Shown: positions 26,040-37,757, counted from the first letter of the stretch. The stretch is DNA of 43,428 nucleotides from a virus (IMGVR_UViG_3300017655_000238:1-43428); one strand, 5' to 3'. A program made the numbers and translations. Notes: generated by a model from the sequence alone, not told the origin.

Positions 26040-28345
26040 ATCATCTCATTCCTTCGTTCAACGCCGGGGAGTTGTCGCCGCGGCTGATGTCGCGGCCCGA
26101 TCTGGAGAAGTACGGGGCGGGGTGCCGGGTGTTGGAGAATTTTCTCATTATGCCTTACGGCGGGGTGAACCGGCGGCCGGGGACGCAGTTTCTGGGGGTG
26201 ACGAAGTTTGCGGACCGGAAGGCGCGGGCGGTGGGGTTCAACTTTTCGGTGAGCACGAACTTCGTGCTGGAGTTCGGGCATCTTTATTGCCGCTTCTGGA
26301 CCAATGGGGCGCAGGTGAAGACGGGCGGGGGTGCGCCACTGGAGATTGTGACGCCGTACAGTGAGGCGGAGATTTTCGAGTTTCAGTTTATCCAGGTCAA
26401 CGATGTGCTTTTCATCGTGCATCCCTCGCATGAGCCGATGACGCTTTCCCGGCACGCTGATGATGATTGGCGGCTGGAGTCGCCCAAGTGGGATTGGCCG
26501 CCGTTTCTGGACGGGAACGTCTCTGATACGACGATCGCGGCCAGCGATACGGAAGGGACGGTGATATTGACGGCGAGCGAGGCGATCTTCAAGGCCGGGC
26601 ATATCGGTTCGTATTTTCTGTTGACGCATGAGCGGGAGGCGACGCACCAGACGCTTTCGCTGGGGAGCAATGGGCAGACCAGTGCGATGCGGGTGATCGG
26701 AAAATGGGATTTCTCGACGAAGGGAACTTGGTCGGGGACGGTTTATGTGGAGCGGAGCATGGACGACGGGGCGAGTTGGACGGTGATTCGCGTCTACGAG
26801 AGCAAGCGAGACCGCAACATGGCGACCAACGGGGAGGAGGAAGAGGAGACCTTGATCCGGATGCGCTTTGTTTTTGTCAGTGACCCGGCCCTTCCAAAGC
26901 CTCTTGACGACCCTGAAGACCCTCTCAACCCGACGCCGCCGACGGCCTACCTTGAAGCTTACGACACGTTGCATGACGGAATTGTAAAAGTGACCCAGTA
27001 CATTTCGTCGTCCAGCGTGCGGGGGACAGTGATCAAGCCGTTGGAAGCGACCAGCGCGACGAAGAACTGGGCGCAGGGAGCGTGGAGTCTGGAACAGGGG
27101 TTTCCTCGCACTGTCTGCCTCCACGAGCAGCGGATGATTTACGGCGGGACCAAGGCCAAGCCGCAGACGCTTTGGGCGAGCGCCATTGGGGATTTCTACA
27201 CGTTTGAGTTGGGGAGCAAGGATGACGATGCTTTTGCATTTACGCTGGCGAGCGCGGAGACGAATGCGATCGCGTGGATGGTGAGCCAACAGGCGCTTTG
27301 CATCGGGACGGCGGGGGATGAATACATTCTCACCTCCAGTTCAGACGGGGCGATCACGCCGACGGGGTTTCAGGTCAAAAGGCAATCGCACTTCGGGAGC
27401 AAGTATGCCCCGGCGCTGGTGGCCAATGATGTCGCGCTCTTCATTCAGCGGCAGGGGCGCAAAATCCGGGAGTTTGTCTACGAGTTCCAGAAGGACGGCT
27501 ACGTGGCGCAGGATCTGACACTGCTGGCCGATCACATTACCGGCGGCGGGGTGGTCCAGACGGCGTTTCAGCAGCAGCCGGACGCGATCCTCTGGTGTGT
27601 GACCAAGGAGGGGACGCTCGCGGGGATGACCTATGAGCGGGCGCAGAATGTGGTGGGGTGGCATCGGCACACGACGGCGGGGAAGATTGAGAGTGTCGCC
27701 ACGATTTATTCGGCGGATGCGGCGGATGAGGTTTGGATGATCGTGGAGCGCGCCGGGGTGCGGTATGTGGAGCGGCTCGATCCGGAGTACCGGGAGAGCC
27801 TGGAGAGCGAGGACAAGGGGGCATGGTGGTATCTGGATTGCGCGAGTCGGTTTGAGTTTGGAGCGCCTACGAGCGAGGTGAGCGGGCTGGGGCGGTTCGA
27901 GGGCCGGGAAGTGGAGGTGTTGGTCGACGGGGCCGTGGAGGCGGCGAAGGTGGTGGACGGCGGTAGGATCGAATTGGAGCGGCCTGCGCGCAATGTGCTG
28001 GTGGGGCTGCCGTACGTGTCGCGGCTGACGCCGATGCCGCTCGACCCGGGGCCGATGGGGGACGGGACGGCGCAGAGTCGCAAGTTCAAGGTCAATCGGC
28101 AGGTGTTGCGGGTTTACAAGAGCCTTGGGGGAGAGGTGGAGATTAAGGAAGGGGTGTGGGACCCGGTGTTTTCTCGCAATACCATCGACCCGATGGATGC
28201 TTCCCCTCCTCCGTTTACGGGGGATAAGGAGGTTTACGTGAGCCGGAGGTATGAATCGACGGGGACGGTAGGCGTGCGCCAGCGCCAGCCGTTGCCTTTT
28301 ACGTTGCTGGCGATGATTCCCAAGTATGATGTCAGTGGCACCTGA
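26036..28345 (+). CDS. Tail tubular protein B / nozzle (T7 gp12-like)
   Basis: SFNAGELSP, GGVNRRPGT, GFPRTVCLHEQRM, GWHRH, VGLPY; 769 aa. Confidence 0.88.
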   Translation: MNHLIPSFNAGELSPRLMSRPDLEKYGAGCRVLENFLIMPYGGVNRRPGTQFLGVTKFADRKARAVGFNFSVSTNFVLEFGHLYCRFWTNGAQVKTGGGAPLEIVTPYSEAEIFEFQFIQVNDVLFIVHPSHEPMTLSRHADDDWRLESPKWDWPPFLDGNVSDTTIAASDTEGTVILTASEAIFKAGHIGSYFLLTHEREATHQTLSLGSNGQTSAMRVIGKWDFSTKGTWSGTVYVERSMDDGASWTVIRVYESKRDRNMATNGEEEEETLIRMRFVFVSDPALPKPLDDPEDPLNPTPPTAYLEAYDTLHDGIVKVTQYISSSSVRGTVIKPLEATSATKNWAQGAWSLEQGFPRTVCLHEQRMIYGGTKAKPQTLWASAIGDFYTFELGSKDDDAFAFTLASAETNAIAWMVSQQALCIGTAGDEYILTSSSDGAITPTGFQVKRQSHFGSKYAPALVANDVALFIQRQGRKIREFVYEFQKDGYVAQDLTLLADHITGGGVVQTAFQQQPDAILWCVTKEGTLAGMTYERAQNVVGWHRHTTAGKIESVATIYSADAADEVWMIVERAGVRYVERLDPEYRESLESEDKGAWWYLDCASRFEFGAPTSEVSGLGRFEGREVEVLVDGAVEAAKVVDGGRIELERPARNVLVGLPYVSRLTPMPLDPGPMGDGTAQSRKFKVNRQVLRVYKSLGGEVEIKEGVWDPVFSRNTIDPMDASPPPFTGDKEVYVSRRYESTGTVGVRQRQPLPFTLLAMIPKYDVSGT

Positions 28346-28751
28346 ACCGTTTCTTCTTCGCTTCTTCGAACCCGAGCGGGACTACCAGACCGTGCGCGGC
28401 TGGTGGGAAGCGCACGGGTGGAGCGCTGTACCCGTGCAGGTGCTCCCGAGGCTCGGGATTGTTGCCGAGCGCGGCGGCGAGCCAACGGCTGCCGGATGGC
28501 TTTATATGGACAACAGCGTTGGCGTGGGTTGGCTCGAATGGCTGGTTGCGCGGCCCGACGCTTCGCCGCGGGATGTTTACCGGGCACTGGCTTCAGTGAT
28601 CGAGTTCATCCGGTCCGAAGCAAAGCGGATGGGTTATCACACCCTAATATCAACCTGTCGCCAGGAATCGCTCGGGCGGTTGTTGGAACGTAATGGCTTC
28701 AATCAGTCCGACACGGGGGTGTCTCATTTCGTGGGTTTTCTGGATCAATAA
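28326..28751 (+). CDS. GNAT-fold internal virion protein A-like
   Basis: Position after the nozzle gene; ...EAKRMGY...LLERNGF acetyltransferase-like pattern. Confidence 0.6.
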   Translation: MMSVAPEPFLLRFFEPERDYQTVRGWWEAHGWSAVPVQVLPRLGIVAERGGEPTAAGWLYMDNSVGVGWLEWLVARPDASPRDVYRALASVIEFIRSEAKRMGYHTLISTCRQESLGRLLERNGFNQSDTGVSHFVGFLDQ

Positions 28752-28752
28752 T

Positions 28753-29463
28753 ATGGCATCTGTAACCACAGCTTTAATCGTCGGTGCGGTCGCCACAGCG
28801 GTCGCTGGCGGACTTTCCTATTACTCTGCGCAGGAGCAGGCGGCGACCTCGCAGAGCATCGCCGCCTACAACGCTGCGGTGCAGCGGCAGCAGGCGGACC
28901 TGAATGCGAAGATTCAGATCCGGCAGTCTGAGATTAACCAGTCGATGCTGCAAAGCCAGATGAACCAGACGGCGGCGCTGGACAATCAGGCGGCTTCTAC
29001 GGAGGCGCATGCGCGGGAGGAGCAACGACGATTGCGGGAGGAGAAGCTGCGCTTGATTGGGGCGCAGCGGGCAGGGTTTGCCGCCGGGGGGGTGTTGATG
29101 GAGGGGACGCCGCTGGCGGTGTTTTCCGATACGGAATACAACTTCGCTTTGCAGGAGATGGATATTTTCAAGGCTTCCAGTGAGCAGGCGGATTCCCTGC
29201 GACGGGAGGCGGCGATTCAGCGGCAGGATCTCGGGACGCAGATGGAGGTGGAGAAGCTCAACGCAGAGGCGGCGAAGGCCGGGCGCGATATTGGATACAA
29301 CAACGCGGCGATGACGCTGGCTCAAGGGGCGGCGACGGCCCGGGCGTACAAACTCTCGGGGTACGGGACTCTGCTTAGTTCGGCCAGCAACATTGCCGGG
29401 CAGTATGGCGATTACAAAAAATTCACGGCTACGGTGCCGGTAAATAAGAAGAGCGGCGGTTAA
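28753..29463 (+). CDS. Internal virion / ejection protein (gp14-like)
   Basis: Hydrophobic Ala/Gly N-terminus, coiled coil, GAQRAGFAAGGV...GTPL motif. Confidence 0.75.
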   Translation: MASVTTALIVGAVATAVAGGLSYYSAQEQAATSQSIAAYNAAVQRQQADLNAKIQIRQSEINQSMLQSQMNQTAALDNQAASTEAHAREEQRRLREEKLRLIGAQRAGFAAGGVLMEGTPLAVFSDTEYNFALQEMDIFKASSEQADSLRREAAIQRQDLGTQMEVEKLNAEAAKAGRDIGYNNAAMTLAQGAATARAYKLSGYGTLLSSASNIAGQYGDYKKFTATVPVNKKSGG

Positions 29464-29477
29464 CGAGAGAAAAGTCT

Positions 29478-31457
29478 ATGGCACGAATTCCTTTACGAGA
29501 CATTCCCAATGCTCCGCAGCCGGTGGCGGGGCCGAGCGGACGCGGAGGCAACCGGGTGAACCTGGGCGGGGCGATGTCGCTGCTTCAGCGGCCCACGATT
29601 TCGCCGGAGGCTTTCAGCGGACCGGCCAAGGGGCTCGACGCGCTGGCGCGGGGGGTGGGCAGCATTGCCGGGGCGAGCGAGAAGGCGATGAAGGCGGCGC
29701 TGCATTTGCAAGACCTGGTCGACGACGACAAGGTTTTCAAGGCGAAGATGGCCTTTCGCGACTCGGCGAGCGCGGGGCGACAGGAAATCGAGGCGAGGCC
29801 GGAGGATTTCACGCAGTATGGAGAGATCATCAAACGGCACATGGAGGAGGGTTACCAGGGGTTTCTTAAAGACAATCAAGACCTCTCGGCGCGCGCGCGC
29901 CAGCGGATTGAGCAGGAATATCTTGCGACAAGTGGCGATCTCTATGGTCGGGCGCAGGAGATGGCTGTGCGCAAGGTGACGGCGAACAAGCGGGCGGGAG
30001 TACTTTGGGAGGCGGAACAACTGGCCAGTGTGGGCGACGGCGAAGGGGCGGCGATGATGATGGAGGAGGAACACGGGAAGGGGCGCTTTGATGATCTGGA
30101 GATCGAGATGAAGCAGAAGGGTTTCCGCAACCAGGCGGCTGGGGTGCGGATGGATCAGATGCGCTTGGATCGGCCTGATCTGGCGCTGGAGGCGGTGCGG
30201 GATGAAAAGAAGACGCCGGAGTTTTCGCCACAGGAACGTTTGCAGCAGGAGCGGGCTTCGCGGGTGGCGATCGCGGCGAAGGACGGGGAGCTGATGAAGC
30301 AGGTCGCGGTGATGATTGACAAGGGGGAAGTCAAAAGCCTGGAGGATGTGCGTAAGCGGCTTGGGGAGTATGGGGTGGGGTTTTCGGATCGCAACCTGAA
30401 CCACCTCAAGCGGGAGCTTGCGCCACGGGCTTTTACCGATACGGGGGCGGCGAAGGCGATTCTGAGAAAGTACCGGTCGATGGAGATACCGGCGGACGAG
30501 GTGGATCGCACGGAGATGCGGACGGCGCTCAAGAGCGAATTGCGCGCGGTGTTGCTAACCGATGACCGGCCGGAATGGATGAAGCTGGCGGACAAGCATT
30601 TCGATGGACCGCCGCGCAAGGCAAGCGAGAAGCGGATCGAGAACATGAACAAGGGTATTCTGGACGGCGGCGGATTTGATGGCGGCTATGACAAGAAGAA
30701 GGCGGATGAGGGTGATCTCACAGAGGTGCGTAAACGGTACGAGACGGAGGTGAAGATGGATCAGGTCAACGAGCACATGGCGCAGTGGGAACGCGACCAC
30801 CCGAAGGCTTCTACTGCGGAGAAGGGCGAGGAGTACCAGAGCTACATTGAAGCCAACGGGTGGATGCCTCCGGCGAAGGATGAACGGTGGTGGTGGCAAA
30901 GGTGGTTTGGGCCGTCTCCGGACGGGGAAGCCAGCGAGATGCGGCGCACCTTTGAACAGCACCATCCACCAGCGGCGAATCCATACAAGGAAGGCGGGCA
31001 GGAATGGAAGGCGCGGCCGAATGATCCGAAGCCGTCTCCGGCACCAGCGCCAGCGCGCGCGCCGAAGCCTTCCGCTGCGCCGACTCCCGCGCCGGAAGGT
31101 AGCAAGCAAACGAGCTTTGGGTATCCCGGCGACCCGTACAAGGATAGCAACAGCCTGGCGGGGATTGGCGCATGGGTCAGCCCGGAAGAGCAGCGCAGGA
31201 TCAAGGCGGGGCTGCCGAGCGAGCAGAAGATGCGAACCGATGATTTCGCCGCGTCGCCAGACATAGAGAAGGCGTTGCGGGCGATGGGAATCAAGCCCGG
31301 CGACATGGTAGCTGTACAGTGGTCGGATGGTGAAACAACCGAAGGGCGGTGGATGGACAAGACCAGCAAGGAGTTGCGCGGTCGCATTGATCTCTACTCA
31401 CCTGACGGCCCGCATCCCAAGGATGGGCGGAAGGCAGTTAGCTGGAACAAGGTTTGA
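29478..31457 (+). CDS. Ejection protein (gp15-like) with a C-terminal 3D/RlpA-like domain
   Basis: MARIP start, helical body, Pro/Ala linker, then a domain with AASPD...GDMVAV...MDKT...RIDLY. Confidence 0.65.
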   Translation: MARIPLRDIPNAPQPVAGPSGRGGNRVNLGGAMSLLQRPTISPEAFSGPAKGLDALARGVGSIAGASEKAMKAALHLQDLVDDDKVFKAKMAFRDSASAGRQEIEARPEDFTQYGEIIKRHMEEGYQGFLKDNQDLSARARQRIEQEYLATSGDLYGRAQEMAVRKVTANKRAGVLWEAEQLASVGDGEGAAMMMEEEHGKGRFDDLEIEMKQKGFRNQAAGVRMDQMRLDRPDLALEAVRDEKKTPEFSPQERLQQERASRVAIAAKDGELMKQVAVMIDKGEVKSLEDVRKRLGEYGVGFSDRNLNHLKRELAPRAFTDTGAAKAILRKYRSMEIPADEVDRTEMRTALKSELRAVLLTDDRPEWMKLADKHFDGPPRKASEKRIENMNKGILDGGGFDGGYDKKKADEGDLTEVRKRYETEVKMDQVNEHMAQWERDHPKASTAEKGEEYQSYIEANGWMPPAKDERWWWQRWFGPSPDGEASEMRRTFEQHHPPAANPYKEGGQEWKARPNDPKPSPAPAPARAPKPSAAPTPAPEGSKQTSFGYPGDPYKDSNSLAGIGAWVSPEEQRRIKAGLPSEQKMRTDDFAASPDIEKALRAMGIKPGDMVAVQWSDGETTEGRWMDKTSKELRGRIDLYSPDGPHPKDGRKAVSWNKV

Positions 31458-31467
31458 TTTTTTGGCC

Positions 31468-34400
31468 ATGATTACTCAAGAGGTTGCAGATCAGTATTTG
31501 AAGGATAAGGAGCTTTTCGAGAGCGGGGAACTGGAGCTTTCACCCGATGAGGTGAACCTTCGGCGGACGGCGCTTGATGAGTTTGGCACGGAGTTGGAGC
31601 GCAGGCAGGGCCGGGAGCGGGGGATGTGGGAGAAGGCGCGGGCGGAGCGGGTGCGCCGGAACTTTGTCGACCTCGAAACGCGGGGCGGCAACCAGACGCC
31701 AGAGATCGACGCGCAGTTTGCCTGGGCTCCGAATCAGGATTCGATCAAGGCCGGGCTTTCGCTCAAGGAGCTTTTTGCGGCTCATTACGATATTCCGCTT
31801 GAAGAGGCTGGCCAGAAGTTTGATCTGCTCAAGATGGATTACGCGAGCCGGAACTTTGGCGGCAAGATTCCCAAGACGAACGTGGAGTTCTGGAACGCGG
31901 AGAAGGCGCGGGTTGAAAAGTCCGAGGCGGTGGAGGCGGAGACGACGAAGATGATCGGGGCGGCGACGGCGAATGCTTTTGCCAGTGCGCTCAAAGGAGA
32001 GGCTCCCAATTGGGGCGCGGCGTTGCAGAAGTGGCGCGAGGGGGCGGCGGAATCGGTTCTGATGAAGGAGCACCAGCCGCAGGAGGTGGGCGAGGCGTAC
32101 CGCCTGGCCTGGCAAGGGGCGCGGGGGGTGCTCGATCACAACCCGGCGTTGCTTGAGGTTTTCCGGATGATGACGGCGAAGGCGGGGCGGGCCGATCTGA
32201 CGCGCAATGACGAGCCAGCGGAAGGGGCCGGGGATGAACCGGAGCGCAACCCCCGGCAGATGCAGACGCGGATGGCGGCGGGCAGGATTGCGGCGGGAGG
32301 GAACCCGGGCGAGGTGGAGACCGACGCGATTCTTGACAAGCTGATGACGGTGCCGCGCGAGGAGGTGCGCCGGTTTTTCGATCTGCTTCCGGCGTACCTG
32401 ACGGCGATCGGGGAGCTGGACCCGCAGGAGGCGGTGGCGCAACTGATGACGCAGTTCTGGGGCGAGGTGGCGCAGGGGTATTCCTCCATGATGGGGGATC
32501 GCAAGGGAGTGCAAGACCAGATGACGCGGGATGCGAAGGTGTTGCGGGCGATTCAGGAGGGGCGCGATGTGCGGGTTTCAGCGCGGGATGGCGGGTTTGT
32601 GTCACTCGACCGGCTGGTGACGGAGGCGGATGTGGCGGCGACGAATGCGATTGGCGGGTTTGGCACGGGGCTTCAGACTTATTCCCATTCGACGGAGGAG
32701 TATGGCCGGGTGTTGACGCCGAAGGAGGCTAATGAAGTGGCGGGGCGGTTGTCGCAGCGGATCGAGCGCGGGAAGTTTTTCTTTGCGGTGGAGGAGATGA
32801 CGCGGGAGATGCGGCCGCTGCGGGCGGTGACGCCTTTCAAGAGCGCGGAGATGGGGCTTTACGGGGTGGCCAATTCGGCTCCGATGATGGCGCGGGGGAT
32901 TGCGGCGAGCTTTATTCCGCTGGCGGGGCCGTTGTTGGCGTTTGCCAGTTCGGCGGATGCGATGCGCTCCCAGGAGTTTCAGCGGCTGGTGACGGAGTTT
33001 CCTGACATCGATCTGGAACGGGCGGAGAAGGCGGCGACGATTTCCGGGCTGGCGCAGGGGGTGGTGGAACTGGCATCAACCTACGGGATGCGCTTTGGCG
33101 GCTCGCTGCTGGTGCGCAAGACTCCCAACCTGGCAGCATGGCTTGAACGGGCCAGCGGGGCGGCGAGTGCGTTTGCGAGACCGGTATTGACGCGGACGGG
33201 CGCGGGGGTGGCTGAAGAGATGGGCGAGGAGGCGGTGCAGGGGTGGATTTCAGCCACGGTGCAGAATGCGATCCTGACCGATTACCCGCATGTCGATGCG
33301 AAGAAGGCGTTCATGGACAACATCAGCCTGGAGGTGGGGTTTGCCTCGCTCTTCATGCGGCTTCCGGCGGTGGGGGCCGGGACGTGGACGGAGAGCCGGA
33401 TGGTGCGAAGCGGGTTGGAATCGCGCGAGATGATGCGTTCCCTTGGGCTTTCGGAGGAGGCGGCGGGGCGAATCAATGCGTTGGCGGCCGAAGGGAAGTA
33501 CGGGCAGGCGGAGGCGTTGATGCATCAGGAATATATGGCGCTCAAACCGGCGCAGATTGAGGCGGGGGCGCGGTACATGGAGGGGCGGATGCGGCTGGCG
33601 CGGGAGGCGGCGGCGGACCCGGCGATCAGCGAGCATGAGACGCTCCAGGTGCGCGATGGCCAGTGGAGCATTGTGCGCGGCGACGGGCGGGTGATCGCGA
33701 GGTTTGAGGATGGCGCGTCGGCGCAGGAGGCGTTGATGGCACGGGTGGCCTTTCGCGCCGAACGGCTGGCGAAGGAGAACGACGGATCGGTTGCGGCGGC
33801 GATCGGGTGGTTTCAGTCGTGGGCGAAGGGGTTGGCGGTGGAGAACCGCACCGGGGAGCGCAAGCGGGCGAGCGATCTGGAGATGGGGCCGCTTGATCGC
33901 GGAGAGCTGGCGGCGAGTATGCGGCGGCATGGGATCGAGGCGGGGCTTGACCCGGATCAGGTGGCGATCCTTGGCGAAAATTCTGCCGAGCTGGTGGAAG
34001 GGGTTTATGTCGATACGTTGAAGCTTTACGGGGGGAGCACTGCGATGACGGTCTTTGAGGAGGCCGGGGAGGCGTTTCTGCGGCGGGATCTGCGTGACGG
34101 GCTGGTGAGCGAGGAGGAGGCGAAGGCTTGGACGCGGGCTTGGAGCGAGAAGACGGGTTTTGAGCTGACCGATCCGGCCAACCCGACGATGGCGGAGGTG
34201 TTTGAAGCGACTTCGCAGATGTTTGAGGCGCATTTCCTTGGCAAGCGTAAGGAGCTTCCCGATGTGCCCAAGCTCTTCGGGTTGATCAAGCGGCTGGGGG
34301 TGTACCTGCGGGAGGCGTTTGGGCGGGCTAGGCAACTGGTGGAGATGCGCGAGGCGGGGGCGCTTTCGGAAAGTGCGGAGGGGTATCTGGCGCGGGCGCT

Positions 34401-36404
34401 CGGGATCGATGAGCAGGTGGAGCTAAATCAGAAGACGGCGGAGACCGTTGGGGCGGCTGCTTCGTATTCGGTGGGACGCTACCCTGGAGATGAGCAGACG
34501 ATTCCGAAAGACGCAAAGGTTTGGTTAAAACCGCCAGTGAAGATCACCAAGGTGACGGAAAGGCGCTTTGCTCGCCATGCCACGTTGGGAGAAGCTGCAA
34601 AGGATGCGCTTCAGGTTGTCCGTTCTATTTTCGAGGCCCATTCCAAGGAAGGCGGGATTTCAACTCCTGACTTGAAGGAAAAGATCGCGGCGTCTGGCAA
34701 GCAGATGCGGCATGGGCTGCATCTCGGTGTCACGCATCCTCATCTTCGCGCCCACATGGAGGCGGCCGGGGTGATTGATCAGCTTTTTGAAAATGCCGTT
34801 CTGGTGGTGTCCCATGACCCATCCAAAGGGGCGCTGGAGGGTGATCCGCTTCTGCATCAGATCCATCGCCTGGCCGCACCGTTGCAGGTTGGCGATCAGC
34901 TTTATCGGGTGAAGCTGACGGTGAAGGAGTTCAAGGGGGACAAGCACCACTACTATGACCACAGCCTGACCGAGATCGAACCCGTTGAAACACGAAAGGC
35001 CAACCCGGAGGCTGACCTTTCGTCTAGGATTCCAGGCTCGCTCCCCGTTACCGGGGCGACCCCACTGGAAAGCATCAATATCGCCGATCTTTTGAAGGAC
35101 GTCAAGTTTGGGGAGTTGTCTTCGTATCCGATGGTCAATCCCTCTTTCTCCGTCGCCCGCGCGGCCGATGTGGAACGGATTGCCAAGGAGATGGAGCGGG
35201 CCGGGACGGCGGAGAAGCTGGCGTTTGCGGAGAAGGTGCGCCGGAATCTGGAGCGCGGACGGGAGCGGGTTGATCTTTTGGAGAGGGAGCAAATCTACGA
35301 GCGGCAGGCGGATGCGCGGGCGCTCCAGCTTGAGGAGGATGTGGCCAATCTTCAACTCCGGCAGGAGGAGGGGATCGAAGAACTGCGTCAGCAGAAGGCG
35401 GAGCAGATCGAGCAGGCGGGGACCGGGAGCATGGCGAAGTTCATGGACCGGATCGAGGCGGCGAAGACGGAGCGGGAGCGGACGCTCTTGCGCCGGGAGG
35501 CCCGCGAGACGGCGGCCGATCTCAAGCGCGGGATCGAGAAGGATTTCAAGGCGCAGGAGAAGGCGTTGCGGGAGCGGTTCCGAGGCGAAGAGAAGGTGCT
35601 TCGTGAAAAGGCGCTTGGCGCGGAGAAGGCGGAACGGCTGAAGGCGGGCCATGAAGAGGCCCGTGCGGCGACGTTGCAGTCGCTGGTCGATTACAACGCG
35701 GCGATGATGGCGCTCCCGGCGGAGCTTCGCGGGAAGCTGGGCGGGTTTGTGACGCTGGCGCGGCTCAAGACCGACCGGGCGCGGGATAAGTTTTTCCGGG
35801 AGAAGTTTCCGAAGATCGAGGCGGCTTACGAAAAGTACCTGCGGGACGAATACGACGCGGCGCTCAAGAAGATTTTCAAGCAGGCCAAGCCGAAGGGCAA
35901 GGCAGGCAAGCGACCGGCTGGAAAGCTGGGGCCGGAGCTGCACGCGCTCTTTGCGAAGCTCGAAGAGGCGACCGGGTGGGACGCGGCGAAGCTGGAGGGG
36001 TATATCGCCGAACTGGAGCAGCGGGAGGCTGACGGGACGCTGACGCCGGAGCGGGAGGATTTGGCCGATCTCGAAAAGGCGATGCTTAATCTGGTGGTGG
36101 ATTGGAAGCACGCGGACTCGGGGCGGCGCGGCACGGCCGTGCGGGAGTTGAAGGCGCTCTTGAGCAAGGGGCTGACCGAGTTCCGGTTCAAGAAAGGTCA
36201 GGAACGGATCGAGCGGAAGGAACGCCGGGAAAGACTCGTTGCGACCACCGGCTCCACGGGGAGCAAGTCGGAGCGATCCCAGCGGGCGAAGAAGGACGCG
36301 GGGATGATCGGCAAACGGCTGGCGTTCCTGCGGGCGGCGCGGCTGAACCTCTCCTCCTTTGAGCAGGTGCTGTTTCTCGCTTTTGGAGAAAACCCGGAGG
36401 CGCA
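31468..36404 (+). pseudogene. Large ejection / polyvalent protein (gp16-like), N-terminal part
   Basis: Long helical ORF from ATG 31468 with an LPD3-like insert at ~34480-35140; coding quality collapses after ...GENPEA (~36404), although the frame stays open to 36693. Confidence 0.7.
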
Positions 36405-37717
36405 GCCTGCGGACTCGCGGGAAGCTGGTGGCGGAGCCGGATTTCAAAGACGCCCTGCTGACCTTTGTGCAGCACAAAACGCAGATGAACCACTGGATGG
36501 CGTACGCGGAGTTCATGCGGGAGTTTCAATCACTGGTGGGGCATCGGGATGTCATGAACGCGGTGGAGGGGAGCGGCGGGGAAGCGACCAGCCGGATGCT
36601 CGGGCAGTGGCTCGATTACTTTGCGCAGGGCGGGAATCGGGATGCGGGGTCGAGGTTGGAGCTGGTCGGATTCATTTCCAAGCTGGTTTCTAATGCGTCG
36701 GCAATGGCGATCGTCGGGCGGGCGGGCGTGTTGGCGGTGCAGAGCACGCAGATCCTTACCGCGCTCGCGGAAATGCCGACGGCGTCCTATTTGAAGCGGA
36801 TGGGGATGCTGGCCAGCGGGCAACTGGGTTTGAAGGCGGCTTGGGATTCGCCCTACATTCAGCGGCGCTTGAAGGAAATGCCGCCGGTGGTTCGGCAGTT
36901 GATGGAGGGCTTGAACTCGGGCAGCCCGACGCGGATCAAGTACGCGGTGCAGATGCTGGGCCGGTCGATCTCCGGCGCGGATGCGCTTTTCACCGCAGGG
37001 ACGTACGCGATCGTTTACGACTACCGGCTGACGAAGTTGATGGAAGGCGGGGTCGGGCTGGCGCAGGCGGAGCGCATGGCGCGAGAGGAAGCGGAACGGA
37101 TCACCGACCGGTTGGCGCAACCGATGCGGGCCGGTGCGCGCTCGATGATGGAACTGCGGATGAGCGGGAACCCGGCGTTTCGAATGGCGTGGAACTTCGC
37201 CAGTGAAGCGCGCAAAAACCTTGGCGTGGTGCTTTACGCGATGGCGCGCCGCGGCGGGGCTCAGGCGGGGAGGACGGTCATGGCGATGTGGGTGCTTCAA
37301 TCGCTGATGGCGAATCTGATCCGGGCGGCGTGGCGCGATGCGCGGGATGATGAGGACGATGATCTTTTTGACGAAAAGAACTGGAGCGCGAAACGCTTGG
37401 CGCTTGCCGTCCTAACGGAGCCGCTGGCGGGGGTTCCCGTGGTTGGCGATCTGGTGGAATCGGCAGTTTACCGCGGTGCCGGAGAGCATCAATTCTCGGG
37501 CGGGCTGCTTGAACTTGGGCGGGCGGTCTCCGCCGTGAAGCGGATTCCCGCGACGCTGGCCGGTGAACAGGAAGGGGCGGAGGTGCTGCGCGACATGGAG
37601 GCCATCCTGATGGGGATGGGGCTTTTCAGCACGAACCTTGCGGCGGCGGCTTCGCTCTCGCACATTGCCCGGGATCTCTTTGGTGTGGGCGAGAATGTGA
37701 GCGAGGCGGGAAAATAA
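36405..37717 (+). pseudogene. Large ejection protein, C-terminal part (+1 frame)
   Basis: SLRTRGKLVAEPDFKDAL... continues with the same codon style and no convincing own start; helical/hydrophobic C-terminus typical of gp16-like proteins. Confidence 0.65.
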
Positions 37718-37750
37718 CTATTGCATCGCTTTCGCGGAAATCCGACTACG
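37711..37750 (+). promoter_or_regulatory. Late-promoter-like motif, copy 2 (upstream of tail fibre)
   Basis: 35/40 identity to 23789-23828, including a 22-bp perfect match. Confidence 0.65.
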
Positions 37751-37757
37751 CTTGTCA

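Noticed and set aside
36380-36420. Programmed ribosomal frameshift
   Set aside because: It would need a +1 shift, and no convincing slippery or pause signal is present; deletion or indel is more parsimonious.
16701-36516. Long antisense ORFs (e.g. 16701-18479, 19990-22245, 24038-25372, 25997-27289, 34660-36516)
   Set aside because: Shadow frames opposite well-supported high-GC genes; Arg/His/Leu-rich with no motifs.
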